The notes beneath the pieces are model-generated. The model made no database searches and was not told the DNA's origin. It worked only from the letters and a program-made list of their open reading frames with translations. Shown one piece after another: positions 18,768 through 28,554 of a stretch of DNA of 64,000 nt. Position 1 is the stretch's first letter. Every line of letters begins with the position of its first letter. Source of the DNA: a virus. Both the position numbers and the translations under genes were made by a program. Where the stretch lies: the IMG/VR virus record IMGVR_UViG_3300032235_000647, positions 1 through 64,000 of that record; one strand, 5' to 3'.

Positions 18768-21222
18768 CCTTTAACTTCATTTTACCACCTACACGAGTTG
18801 TCCACAATCCATTATCCAATGTATGTGAAATATCAACAACAGTAAAAGCAGCTTTACCATTAAATTGAGATGGTAAATCTGCTATTTCAAATAAATCACC
18901 TGTTTTGATACCAGACACACCATGTATTTGAAAATCGAATGTAATTTGTAGTAAGATATTATTTGGAGTTGTATCATTTTTGTAATTCAAATCCAATTTT
19001 CTAAATAAAGTTGAATCATTCCATGCACCTACTGCTATGATAGATTCTAAATTAGTAGTTGTAGTAGTTTCACCGCCAGAACCACCACCGAATCCAAAAA
19101 ATCCAGCAATAGAACTAAGTACATCACCTATTCCTTTAAAAAAGTCATCAAACAACTTTTTTGCAGCATCTCTAGGGGCATTCCTATCTTTTATAGTTGG
19201 AACTACCGTTGCATATTTCATGAAAAGTTCATAATTTTGTTTTCTAGCTTCCTTTTCAGCTTCTGCAGGATCTGTTGCTGGTGCAGGTTCATTATTGCCG
19301 GTATTACTAGATGAACCACCAGCATTTCCTCCATTCTGTGCTTCACTATCTTGTGCAATTTGACTTTTGGCAAACTTTGTTATTATTTCAACAACTGGAT
19401 CAGGTTTTTTGGCAAATAACATACCAGGGTCTATTGGTAAATTACCTTCAGGTGAAACATCCACTTGTTCAGCAGCAGTTCTCTCTGCAATAATCATATT
19501 TTTCATTGCAGCCGGTATATCAAATCCAAATTCAGATTCTATAAAAGGACAATCAACTCCACTTGAAAAAAATTTGACTATACTTTCAGATTTTGAATTT
19601 TTTCCTGAGAAGTTTAAATCAACTATTTCTAATTGATTACAATCTTTATTTTCTTGTCTACGAGATGGTAATTGTGCTATATCAAAGTGCCAAATCGAGT
19701 TTGCTGCAGATGATATACCATTTAAAAGTTCGTAATAAACATCTTTTGCAACATAATTTGATTTACTTATAACTTCAACAAAAAATTCAAAATTTATATA
19801 TAAATCTTTTAAATAACCCCATTGTCCTATTAATGCATCAAATGGAACAGTATCTACGGGAAATGCAGAAGCAGGTAGTTGTTCTAATTGTGGAAATCTA
19901 AAAAAATGACCATCTGGATCTTTTTGTTCTAGGTTAACAGCACCTTGAGGGGCTCCGTTTTCACCAAGAATAGGTCCTACTTCTTCAATCGTTGTTGCGG
20001 ATAAAGCACTAACTAATCCAAAATCAGGAGTATTCCTATTAGGGATAATTAATTTAGTACCATCAATTGAAAACATATATGGATGTGCCCTACAAATAGT
20101 ATCTCTATATTCTATAGCCAAAGGGAATGTTGGTACACCATCTCCACAAATTGAGGCAACTGATTTTGTATCATATGGTAGTCGATTGAGTATTTCAAAC
20201 GCAAGTTCGAGTCTAATATAAGAACTTTCACTAACTAAAGGAACTCCCGATGGTATTGATGCTTCAGGTGCTGCGGCACCATCTCCTCCACTATTTTGTT
20301 GAGAAGTTTGGACAGCAGTATCTTGTAATTCACCAATTAAATCCTTTCGTATTTCATCATCCATGTTGATAAAATTGGCTTCACTTATGAATGGTATTTC
20401 TCTACTATCCTTTTCGTTTATTAATTTTTTTACATCTTCATTTCTTTTTGAAGGAGGTAATCTATTGTACATTTGCATAAATAAAGCACGGCCAACATTT
20501 GATTCTGCAGTACTTTCAATTACTCTACTATCATATCGTTCACCACCTGTATTTTGCTTATCATCAAGTTTACCACCACTTCGGTGTTGTTGTAAATATG
20601 CAGCAACTTCACCTATTGAAGTTAATTCAACTTTTAAAACATAAGTTTCACCAACAGCAGTTTTAAATCCACCATTTGTGATATATCCCAAAAAACCATC
20701 ATAGGTATAACCTGAATTTTGTTGTTTACTTTTTAGATAATCATACGAATTAAACTTTGCAAAATCACACGGACTTAACGCACTTCGCTCGGCATAAGAT
20801 TGAGGTAAATTCCAACCATATTCTACTAAAACAGTATAACCAGGTTCAAGAAAATATTCAGCTACTTTTTCTGCTTGTTTTAGTGTAAAGCATTTAATTT
20901 CAAATTCAGCCTTTCGTGTTAATCCACCTTCTCCAAAATTTATACCCATAGATTGGATTACAGGCGATGGTCGGAATCCTCTATCACCTTCTACAAACAC
21001 CGAACCTCCTGCAAAATCAGTACCTACTCTTCCTGATTTTTCAGTATTACCATATCTAAGTTCGAATGAATCGTTAGGAGGAAGTGTTTCGAGTACTAAC
21101 CCACTTGAAGATGAAACTCTCATCCATGCAAGTCTTTCAGATGCTTGAACATTTCTACCTGCTCTCGATAAAATAAGTTCTTGTATTTTTGGATGAAAAT
21201 AAGAATTAAAAGGAAATAACAT
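18754..21222 (-). CDS. baseplate hub-like protein (gp27/gpD-like)
   Basis: PGYTVLVEYGW; C-terminal HGVSGIKTGDLFEI...VDISHTLDNGLWTT; synteny. Confidence 0.6.
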   Translation of the reverse strand: MLFPFNSYFHPKIQELILSRAGRNVQASERLAWMRVSSSSGLVLETLPPNDSFELRYGNTEKSGRVGTDFAGGSVFVEGDRGFRPSPVIQSMGINFGEGGLTRKAEFEIKCFTLKQAEKVAEYFLEPGYTVLVEYGWNLPQSYAERSALSPCDFAKFNSYDYLKSKQQNSGYTYDGFLGYITNGGFKTAVGETYVLKVELTSIGEVAAYLQQHRSGGKLDDKQNTGGERYDSRVIESTAESNVGRALFMQMYNRLPPSKRNEDVKKLINEKDSREIPFISEANFINMDDEIRKDLIGELQDTAVQTSQQNSGGDGAAAPEASIPSGVPLVSESSYIRLELAFEILNRLPYDTKSVASICGDGVPTFPLAIEYRDTICRAHPYMFSIDGTKLIIPNRNTPDFGLVSALSATTIEEVGPILGENGAPQGAVNLEQKDPDGHFFRFPQLEQLPASAFPVDTVPFDALIGQWGYLKDLYINFEFFVEVISKSNYVAKDVYYELLNGISSAANSIWHFDIAQLPSRRQENKDCNQLEIVDLNFSGKNSKSESIVKFFSSGVDCPFIESEFGFDIPAAMKNMIIAERTAAEQVDVSPEGNLPIDPGMLFAKKPDPVVEIITKFAKSQIAQDSEAQNGGNAGGSSSNTGNNEPAPATDPAEAEKEARKQNYELFMKYATVVPTIKDRNAPRDAAKKLFDDFFKGIGDVLSSIAGFFGFGGGSGGETTTTTNLESIIAVGAWNDSTLFRKLDLNYKNDTTPNNILLQITFDFQIHGVSGIKTGDLFEIADLPSQFNGKAAFTVVDISHTLDNGLWTTRVGGKMKLKDGEA

Positions 21223-21223
21223 A

Positions 21224-21511
21224 TTATCTGAATTTATTTACAATTTCTAAATAATTTTTTGGAACTCTCAAAATAGTGCCATCTGCTACTGCAAATGGTG
21301 CATCGTGAATATTATTTGCAGTTGCAATAATCCACCAAAGGGATTGATCCCCATAATATTGATATGCAAGCGTATCTAATCTATCACCTCCTTGGGTAAC
21401 GATGTATATATCGCTATCTCTCAATGGTATATTTGGGTATATTTTTGTTCTATATACCTCTCTACCATCTTTTAGTTTTTGTACCTGATTTCTTTCGTAT
21501 CTACTTGCCAT
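21224..21511 (-). CDS. LysM/tail-X-like baseplate protein (gp53-like)
   Basis: GDRLDTLAYQYYGDQSLWWIIATANN...GTILRVP. Confidence 0.85.
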   Translation of the reverse strand: MASRYERNQVQKLKDGREVYRTKIYPNIPLRDSDIYIVTQGGDRLDTLAYQYYGDQSLWWIIATANNIHDAPFAVADGTILRVPKNYLEIVNKFR

Positions 21512-21528
21512 AATTTAGTTTTGTTATA

Positions 21529-24138
21529 TTACCAACTACCACCAGCACCACCACCACCGAATGAACCACCTTTAAAACCACCAAATTTGGTATTAGGGTA
21601 ATCATTATAAAACGAATTTTTTGCTAAATTTACTTTTCCAGCATTTTTTGTTCCAGCAGTGTTTGAACCTCTTTTTTGTGTTTGCAATATACTCTCTTCT
21701 TGAGTTCTATCTCTACCTACATAAGGTTTAGTAATTGATTGAGTTGGTTTTGGTAATTCTTTATTAACATCAACACCATTTAGTCTAGTTGCAACTGCGT
21801 TTGCATAATTAACAATTGTTATTTGGTCAGAGTATACTGTTATGAATTGAGTATATGTAACGGATGTTGTACCAGGATGTCTACTTGGTACAATAACCAA
21901 ATGTGAATAATTAGTTTCAGATACTTTCTTTACACTATCCAAATCATAGGTTGTATCTGCCCAATATGAAAGAAGTACATCGTCATCTACAAATGGGAAT
22001 AACTTTTTAGCCTTAGTAAATCTCTCATCTATCAGAGATGCAAGTAAAGATGTTGCTCCAATACTAGTTACAGTTTCACCACTTTGTTGTTCTTGTGGAG
22101 TAGGTTCAGTTTTACCACTTTCTAAATTTTGTTGTGGTTTATTTACACCACCCTCTACAGGAGGTTGGGTATTACTAACTCCTATATTATCAACTTTAGG
22201 TGGTTGGAATTGGAGATTTTTTAGTTGTGTTGCTGCCATAATATCTGCAATTGCCTGTGCTGCTACTGCATCATTATTTACAGTTGCAGTATTAGGTGTT
22301 GTAGCAGTAGGAGTTGTAGCTGGAGAATCCGTATTTACAATTGGTTCCGTTGGAACTTGGGTTCCTCCATTTGTAATAGTCTCATTTATTACATTCACTG
22401 CCTCATCAGACATTGCAAAATTATATGGTTTAAGTTCCGAACCACGTTCTTCAATAAATTTAATGGTAATAGAAACTTCGATATATTTTGGTAATAATAA
22501 ACCATCATGTTGAGTTTCCCAGCTATTATTATCAGGTATTGCATAAGAAAGAGAATCGATATATCCATCTTTATTTACATACATATTACCTAATCTAAAA
22601 GATATGATAGGTGGTTGAGTATAATTTTTACCTTCATTTGCTGCAAAAGTTGGGTATGTTAATTGAGTTAAGAATTTTAATTTATCCCAATTTGATGCCA
22701 ATTCTAATTTATTAAAACATACAACATTTAAAGTGAATTGTACACTTCGTTCTATACTACCATATGTATAAAATTTATAAGGATTTCCAAAAAAACTATG
22801 AGAATCCCATTCAGGTGTAGTTGTTTCAGATAATGAAGTAATATAACTTCTAAAATGTACGGTTCGGTTTGATCTTCTTGATTTAAACCAAAGTGGAATT
22901 AAATCTTGTCCTTCAATTGATTTCAATTCTTCTGCTGAACGAGTTTTTACAGGAGATTGATTTACAAGGTCAAAATTACTATCTAAACCATAGGTAGTTT
23001 TCCAAGTATTTTTATATCCGGATAGTGCTCCGTAATTATTTCCCTCTGTTGGATTGTATGGAGAATATCTACCTGTTTTATTTTGTCTATCCGAGAATCC
23101 ATATTCGGTTTTACCATATCTACCATCAGTACCTGACCTATCTATACCGAAGACAGGTGATACCAGTGTTAAATCAATAATAGGAGTATTTGCTTCTCTA
23201 TAATCATTTTTATAACCACCAAGAATTTCAGAATATTTTAAATCAGGATTTGGTTTTGGATTACGAGTTTGTTCTTCAATAACCTTGTCTAATGCATCTT
23301 TATTTGTATTAGAGGTACCTTTTAATTTGTTTTTAAATTCAACTACATCTTCACCAAGTTTTCTCTTTAATTTTTCTTTTTCTAGGTTGGCTTTTATTAA
23401 AAAATCATTTGTTGCTTCTAATAATGGAGCCAAATCTTTTTGTTGCTGTTCTCTTTCTCTCGCTACACGAATTCTAGCAGAATAACTAAATTCAGATGAA
23501 TATTGATATGAACCATTTGCAGGTTTTGCAGTATTTAATCCCAACGAATAAGGGTCTCCAAATAAAAAATCTCTTACTTCATCTTTTACTAAAGATATAC
23601 CTTGTCCCAAAAGCTGTCTTCCAAGAGTTTTAGGATTACCTCCTCCAGCTTGTTTTAAAAATTTACCAAATTCAGTGCCAGCTGCATCGTTTTTTATACG
23701 AGCAATGGTAATCATTGTATCTGGTTCTATATTTCGTTGCAGTTCTCCTGTATTATTAACAAATGTTGGTATTGTAAGTTGTGGAATACCCAATCGTGAA
23801 TTTATACCATCTCTGGCTTGACTTAATGAACGAACTTGTCCTCCAAATACAAATCTACCAAACCCACCAGATGTAATTGCACCCAAACCTTGACCGATTA
23901 GTCCACCATTACCTGCTTCTCCTCCAGTTGCCTGTTTCATTAGTTCAACTGCAGAGGTAGAACGAGTGGCAATACGAATGGATTGATTTCCATATAGTAA
24001 TGGATTATTCAATTCAACTGCAGATCTAGGTCTGATACCAGTTGTTTCAAATTCAACCAAAGTATCTTTGTCAGCCTCTACTGCTGTATCAAATGTTGAA
24101 CCCCTAAATAAATCTAATATCGTTCTTCCCATTATCAA
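21529..24138 (-). CDS. baseplate/tail-tube initiator-like protein
   Basis: FRSYITSLSET..PEW....FGNP..FYTYGSIERSVQFTL...PPIISFRLGNMY; follows tape measure. Confidence 0.55.
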   Translation of the reverse strand: MIMGRTILDLFRGSTFDTAVEADKDTLVEFETTGIRPRSAVELNNPLLYGNQSIRIATRSTSAVELMKQATGGEAGNGGLIGQGLGAITSGGFGRFVFGGQVRSLSQARDGINSRLGIPQLTIPTFVNNTGELQRNIEPDTMITIARIKNDAAGTEFGKFLKQAGGGNPKTLGRQLLGQGISLVKDEVRDFLFGDPYSLGLNTAKPANGSYQYSSEFSYSARIRVAREREQQQKDLAPLLEATNDFLIKANLEKEKLKRKLGEDVVEFKNKLKGTSNTNKDALDKVIEEQTRNPKPNPDLKYSEILGGYKNDYREANTPIIDLTLVSPVFGIDRSGTDGRYGKTEYGFSDRQNKTGRYSPYNPTEGNNYGALSGYKNTWKTTYGLDSNFDLVNQSPVKTRSAEELKSIEGQDLIPLWFKSRRSNRTVHFRSYITSLSETTTPEWDSHSFFGNPYKFYTYGSIERSVQFTLNVVCFNKLELASNWDKLKFLTQLTYPTFAANEGKNYTQPPIISFRLGNMYVNKDGYIDSLSYAIPDNNSWETQHDGLLLPKYIEVSITIKFIEERGSELKPYNFAMSDEAVNVINETITNGGTQVPTEPIVNTDSPATTPTATTPNTATVNNDAVAAQAIADIMAATQLKNLQFQPPKVDNIGVSNTQPPVEGGVNKPQQNLESGKTEPTPQEQQSGETVTSIGATSLLASLIDERFTKAKKLFPFVDDDVLLSYWADTTYDLDSVKKVSETNYSHLVIVPSRHPGTTSVTYTQFITVYSDQITIVNYANAVATRLNGVDVNKELPKPTQSITKPYVGRDRTQEESILQTQKRGSNTAGTKNAGKVNLAKNSFYNDYPNTKFGGFKGGSFGGGGAGGSW

Positions 24139-26604
24139 TTAAGCAAACTGAGTTCCAAATTTATTATCGGTACTCGTTTCAGATTTTCTTCTTACAATAC
24201 TCGTAACCCTTGTACTATCCATATAAACATCTTTATTCGCTAAAAATGCTGCCTTTAACTCTCGTAGTTCGGCTATAACACCTTCCATAGAAACCATAGC
24301 TCCTCCTCCTCCACCCAATGAATTTGCTAATGCAGCAGGGTTTTTGGTTGCTATTAAGAAATCTTCAGGTGAAGTTGATACAACTTGTCCATTTTGAACT
24401 ACACCATCATTTATAGATGGAGCAGCTGCACTCATAGATTCATTTTGAGCAGATGATGTGATATCAAACCCTCCTACACCTATTAATTGTTTTACCCAAT
24501 CCGGTATCATATTCATAATGGTGGCTTTTATTTTTGTTCCAATATCACCGAATATTGCTAAAACGGAATCAAACAAATCAACAAATGAATCAAACATTCC
24601 AAGTGGAATAGCAAGAAACATTTCAACTACACCTTTAATTGATTGTATAATTCCCTCACCGATTAATGAGAAATCAAGTGTAAAAATTCCCTTTATTATT
24701 TTAAATACACCACCTAAAGTATTTGCAATACCATCTATAAATCTAGCAAGAACGGATACATATGTAATTACGACACGAGCTAGAATTTGTCCTACTAGTT
24801 CCATAACTTTTAAAAACCCTTGACCACTACTGTCACCAAAAATCTCCCTAAAAGGTGCTAATAAATTATCAAAAGCAGACATTAATCTTTCTATTGCTGT
24901 ACCTACTCCTGAAAAATATCCTTTTAACATTGCAAAAACAGGTACTAAAATTCCCATGAATAATTTTCCTATCGGTGCCATGGCCATCATTAGATCAGTA
25001 CCCATTGCTGTTAATTGATTTTTCATGTTATCAAATTCCGATTGCATTTCTCTTTGTTTAGCAAGTTCTTCGGTTTGTCTTTTTAAATCGGCTTCAGACA
25101 TTTTTGATATATCTTTACCAGCTTCAACTGCTGCTTGAGCAGCTGCTAGTTCTTCTCCAGCCAACTTTCCAAATCGTTCTCTGATTCTTACTTGATTCAC
25201 CATCGATTCGTAGGTCATATTACTTGCACCTGCCAATGCATCTTGTTCAAATGTGTTGAGTTTTGTAATATCACCCAACTTCATGACCTCATCAATTACT
25301 GCTTGTTGAGCACCAACAGCATCTTTGGTTGCTGCAAGATATCTTGCTCGTCCAAAATTTAAACTCTGCCCCAACATAGCAGATGCTTCGAGTTCTTTTG
25401 TTATTGAACTTTCAAAATCCAATAAGTTATCTGCTACTTTACCTGCTTCACCAAGTGATGTTCCTAATTTTGCTGCTTCAATTGCCGCATCTCTTAATTT
25501 TTCAGGTGAACTACTAAAATATTTATAGGCGTATTCTGAATTCTCCGCCATGTCTTTAACAACTTTATCAGGGGCCACATTGACCATTTTAGCCATTTCT
25601 ACTGTTTGACCTATTAAAAGCTGTGATTGTTCTGCACTTAATCCACCTATATTTTGGAATATTTTATTTAATTCAGTTGCTTCTTTGGTAGAAACTCCAA
25701 AGTTTTTATTTAATGCCACTATTGAACTTAAAACTGCCTGAGATGGTTGTTCTAATCCCGAAAATTCGTTTGTGAATTCTGCAGCTGCCTTTGCCACATC
25801 TTCGGCAGATGCTCCAAGTGCGGCAGTTGTTCGAGTGACATTAATTATATTTCCTTCTAATTCTTTAGTTTGAGAATTTAATAAACCAGTTTCTTTTCTA
25901 AAAGCTTTAGTTGCTTCGGATAGTTTATAAAATCCAATTAAACCAATTGCAACTACTGCAAGTATTGCTGCTCCAGCTAATACGTATGGATTAGTAAGTA
26001 GTGGTCCTAGATTTTTACTCAATGCACCCATACCACCTTGCATACCCGATGAAAATGAACCTACGAATCCCTTTCCTGCTTTTAAATTATCAGTAAATGC
26101 CGTAGCAAATCCATTCTTAAACGCAGATGTTGCATTACCAATTCCGCTCTTTATAGCACCCATTGGTATTATCTTACTAAAGACTTTACCAATTACTGGA
26201 ATATCTTCTAATGCATCTTTAAAATCATCCAAACCATCAGTTATACCTTCACCAAGTTCACTTGTTAATCTTGAAACTTGTTCGACAACCTTTTGTCTTT
26301 TTTGTTCAATACTTAAAGCCTCTTTTGCTGCGGTTACTTGTCCAAGTAATTCTCTTTTTAAATCTTCATTTACACCCCAGTTGGCTTTTAGAAGGTCTTG
26401 TTCCTTTTCTTTTAATTTATTAATAGCTTTATTTAAATCTTCGGCATCTTCTAAATTATCAACGATTTGTTTCATCATATCAGTTGAATTTGTCAATATA
26501 TCAAGATGTCTATCTGATTTTGTTGCGAGATCGTCCATAGCCCTACCAATAGATTGGGTAAGTTCTTCCATTTCTCTTAACGCAATAGTATCTTTGTTTG
26601 CCAT
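24139..26604 (-). CDS. tape measure protein
   Basis: Helical Ala/Leu-rich, hydrophobic aromatic-periodic segment; located after tube and chaperone. Confidence 0.8.
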   Translation of the reverse strand: MANKDTIALREMEELTQSIGRAMDDLATKSDRHLDILTNSTDMMKQIVDNLEDAEDLNKAINKLKEKEQDLLKANWGVNEDLKRELLGQVTAAKEALSIEQKRQKVVEQVSRLTSELGEGITDGLDDFKDALEDIPVIGKVFSKIIPMGAIKSGIGNATSAFKNGFATAFTDNLKAGKGFVGSFSSGMQGGMGALSKNLGPLLTNPYVLAGAAILAVVAIGLIGFYKLSEATKAFRKETGLLNSQTKELEGNIINVTRTTAALGASAEDVAKAAAEFTNEFSGLEQPSQAVLSSIVALNKNFGVSTKEATELNKIFQNIGGLSAEQSQLLIGQTVEMAKMVNVAPDKVVKDMAENSEYAYKYFSSSPEKLRDAAIEAAKLGTSLGEAGKVADNLLDFESSITKELEASAMLGQSLNFGRARYLAATKDAVGAQQAVIDEVMKLGDITKLNTFEQDALAGASNMTYESMVNQVRIRERFGKLAGEELAAAQAAVEAGKDISKMSEADLKRQTEELAKQREMQSEFDNMKNQLTAMGTDLMMAMAPIGKLFMGILVPVFAMLKGYFSGVGTAIERLMSAFDNLLAPFREIFGDSSGQGFLKVMELVGQILARVVITYVSVLARFIDGIANTLGGVFKIIKGIFTLDFSLIGEGIIQSIKGVVEMFLAIPLGMFDSFVDLFDSVLAIFGDIGTKIKATIMNMIPDWVKQLIGVGGFDITSSAQNESMSAAAPSINDGVVQNGQVVSTSPEDFLIATKNPAALANSLGGGGGAMVSMEGVIAELRELKAAFLANKDVYMDSTRVTSIVRRKSETSTDNKFGTQFA

Positions 26605-26627
26605 TTATATTCTATATATCTCCAAAA

Positions 26628-26876
26628 TTATCTTGGTAAATATCTTTTTAAATAATCAGGTACATTAATTCCTTTTTCTTCTTGGCTTTTTGCCCATTGA
26701 GCAACTCTTTCCAAATCTTTATCAGCATCAACTAATGCTTTTCTTAAATCAACATCATTTTCAAGTTTATTCTTCAACCTTTTTTTAAAAAAATTCATAA
26801 AAAACCCTTCATTTTTTAAATTATGTTTCTTTTGAATTTCTTTAAATAATCTTGATTCAGATTCGGTATATTTCAT
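26628..26876 (-). CDS. hypothetical protein
   Basis: ORF 82 aa with GGGAG SD and TATTTAT motif upstream. Confidence 0.65.
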   Translation of the reverse strand: MKYTESESRLFKEIQKKHNLKNEGFFMNFFKKRLKNKLENDVDLRKALVDADKDLERVAQWAKSQEEKGINVPDYLKRYLPR

Positions 26877-26912
26877 ATTAAACTCCCATTTATACTCTAA
26901 TAAATATTAAAT

Positions 26913-26946
26913 AAAAAAAAATGTGAGGAGTTTACCTTCTCACATT
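26913..26946 (-). terminator. intrinsic terminator
   Basis: aatgtgag / ctcacatt stem with U-run on minus strand; overlaps the stop of the frameshifted ORF. Confidence 0.7.
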
Positions 26947-27156
26947 AATATTTGGACTACTTACACTTGATTTCGATTTCTGTGATTGTTTTATGTTTTC
27001 TTGTTCTTGTTTCTTAGCATCTATCAGTTGTTTGTAGTAGAAATTTCGTATATGTATGGGTAATCGATAAACTCCTTCTTGAGTGAATCCATTACCAAAA
27101 TAACATAATTCAAAAATTTGTTTATGAAGTAGAATTGAATAATTATTCGGAAGGCC
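26932..27156 (-). CDS. tail assembly chaperone C-terminal extension (gp51/gpT-like), reached by frameshift
   Basis: 74-codon ORF with no ATG: GLPNNYSILLHKQIFELCYFGNGFTQEGVYRLPIHIRNFYYKQL...; begins at the T7 run. Confidence 0.75.
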   Translation of the reverse strand, partial: GLPNNYSILLHKQIFELCYFGNGFTQEGVYRLPIHIRNFYYKQLIDAKKQEQENIKQSQKSKSSVSSPNINVRR

Positions 27157-27898
27157 AAAAAAACCCTACGCCCATTGGTATTGAGCGTACCTCCATTTCT
27201 CCCGTTCGTGGGTCTTCATATTCAAATTCCATTTTAATATCCGGTTGGATTTTTTTCAAATGTTCTCTGAATGCTTTTGTATCTCTTGTTAAGAATTGGT
27301 TATTGATAAAGTATGTAATACTAGACGTATCAGTTTTACCATTTACTGATACTATCATATATCTATAACGAGTAGTTAATTCAGAACCAGTTCCTCCTTT
27401 GTTCAATCTTTGTAGTGCTTTTATATCTGCATCTATTTTTTTCTCATCACCATGAGTTAGTAATCTATATTCTAATACATTTCCATTTGTTGTAGTAAAT
27501 TTATATCTATTTTCTCTATTCAATAAAGTAGTATCTATTTCCTTTACCTGAACTTTTGATAAATCTACAACTACCGATTCTTTCTCATCGGAATCAAGGG
27601 TCAACTCTATATTATATTCAGGTCCATAACCTAAAATACGAGTTGCTAACATAATAGCATTTTTATCACCAATTAGAATATCATCAACATTGATTTTATT
27701 ATCTACTATGATAGATTCAAATAGTTTATCTAAAACTATACCTTTTTTAATTAAATTTTGAGATGCTAGAATTTCTTCTTCTTTTGCAGTCATGTATTTA
27801 ATTTCTATTTGACCAGAAGAGAGAGGATTTGATTCAGGATAACATAATCCTTGAGATGGAAGTGAAATTACTTCAGTTGGAAAATCATAATTTGCCAT
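27143..27898 (-). CDS. tail assembly chaperone / T4 gp26-like baseplate hub assembly protein
   Basis: LPSQGLCY, KYMTAKEEEIL, GDKNAIMLATRILGYG, ends GVGFFWP. Confidence 0.8.
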   Translation of the reverse strand: MANYDFPTEVISLPSQGLCYPESNPLSSGQIEIKYMTAKEEEILASQNLIKKGIVLDKLFESIIVDNKINVDDILIGDKNAIMLATRILGYGPEYNIELTLDSDEKESVVVDLSKVQVKEIDTTLLNRENRYKFTTTNGNVLEYRLLTHGDEKKIDADIKALQRLNKGGTGSELTTRYRYMIVSVNGKTDTSSITYFINNQFLTRDTKAFREHLKKIQPDIKMEFEYEDPRTGEMEVRSIPMGVGFFWPSE

Positions 27899-27951
27899 AA
27901 TAAACCTTTATTTTGTTGTTTGTATATAAATATATAAATTAAAAAAAGTTG

Positions 27952-27982
27952 AAAAAAAAAGAGTTCTCGTAATGAGAACTCT
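27952..27982 (-). terminator. intrinsic terminator after tail tube
   Basis: agagttctc / gagaactct stem plus U9. Confidence 0.85.
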
Positions 27983-28008
27983 CTTATGTAAGAAAATGAA
28001 ATAATGTA

Positions 28009-28500
28009 TTAGAATTCCAAGATTGCGTAATCGTAAGAAATTGTTAATTCGATTGTGGCAGGATCAGTACCAGTTGCCCAATCCAAATCACCAAAGTTTG
28101 CTTGTGTAATGAAAGCACCTTTCAATGTCCATTGTTCGATTTTATCACCTACTGGACCTAACATATAACACTGGATATCTTTCTTATACATATCAGCATA
28201 TCCATTTCTACCAGTTAGAGATTCATGTGATAAACGAACCCACTCCATTACCGCTTGTGCTCCAGATGGAACAATTGGGTCATAAAGAGTCATTGTAATA
28301 TCTTGCCACTCACCCTTACCTTTAAGTTGTCTTTTAACATTAATGTGGTCTAGGGTAACCTTTTCAAACTGAATTGTAGGTCTTTGTGATGCTTTAATTA
28401 AATATGAAGGAATACCACCTACTTCGAAGATGAAGCGGTTCTTCATCTTCGGTTCGAAATTGGTATAGAACATTTCATTAAATTCTAATACTTCTGCCAT
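28009..28500 (-). CDS. tail tube protein (gp19-like)
   Basis: FEPKMKNRF, W.DIT.TLYDP, EQWTLKGAFI, ISYDYA; follows sheath. Confidence 0.9.
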   Translation of the reverse strand: MAEVLEFNEMFYTNFEPKMKNRFIFEVGGIPSYLIKASQRPTIQFEKVTLDHINVKRQLKGKGEWQDITMTLYDPIVPSGAQAVMEWVRLSHESLTGRNGYADMYKKDIQCYMLGPVGDKIEQWTLKGAFITQANFGDLDWATGTDPATIELTISYDYAILEF

Positions 28501-28554
28501 TTTTTATTTTCTCCTATTATACTAATAAATATAATCTTTTTTTATTTTTTTAAA

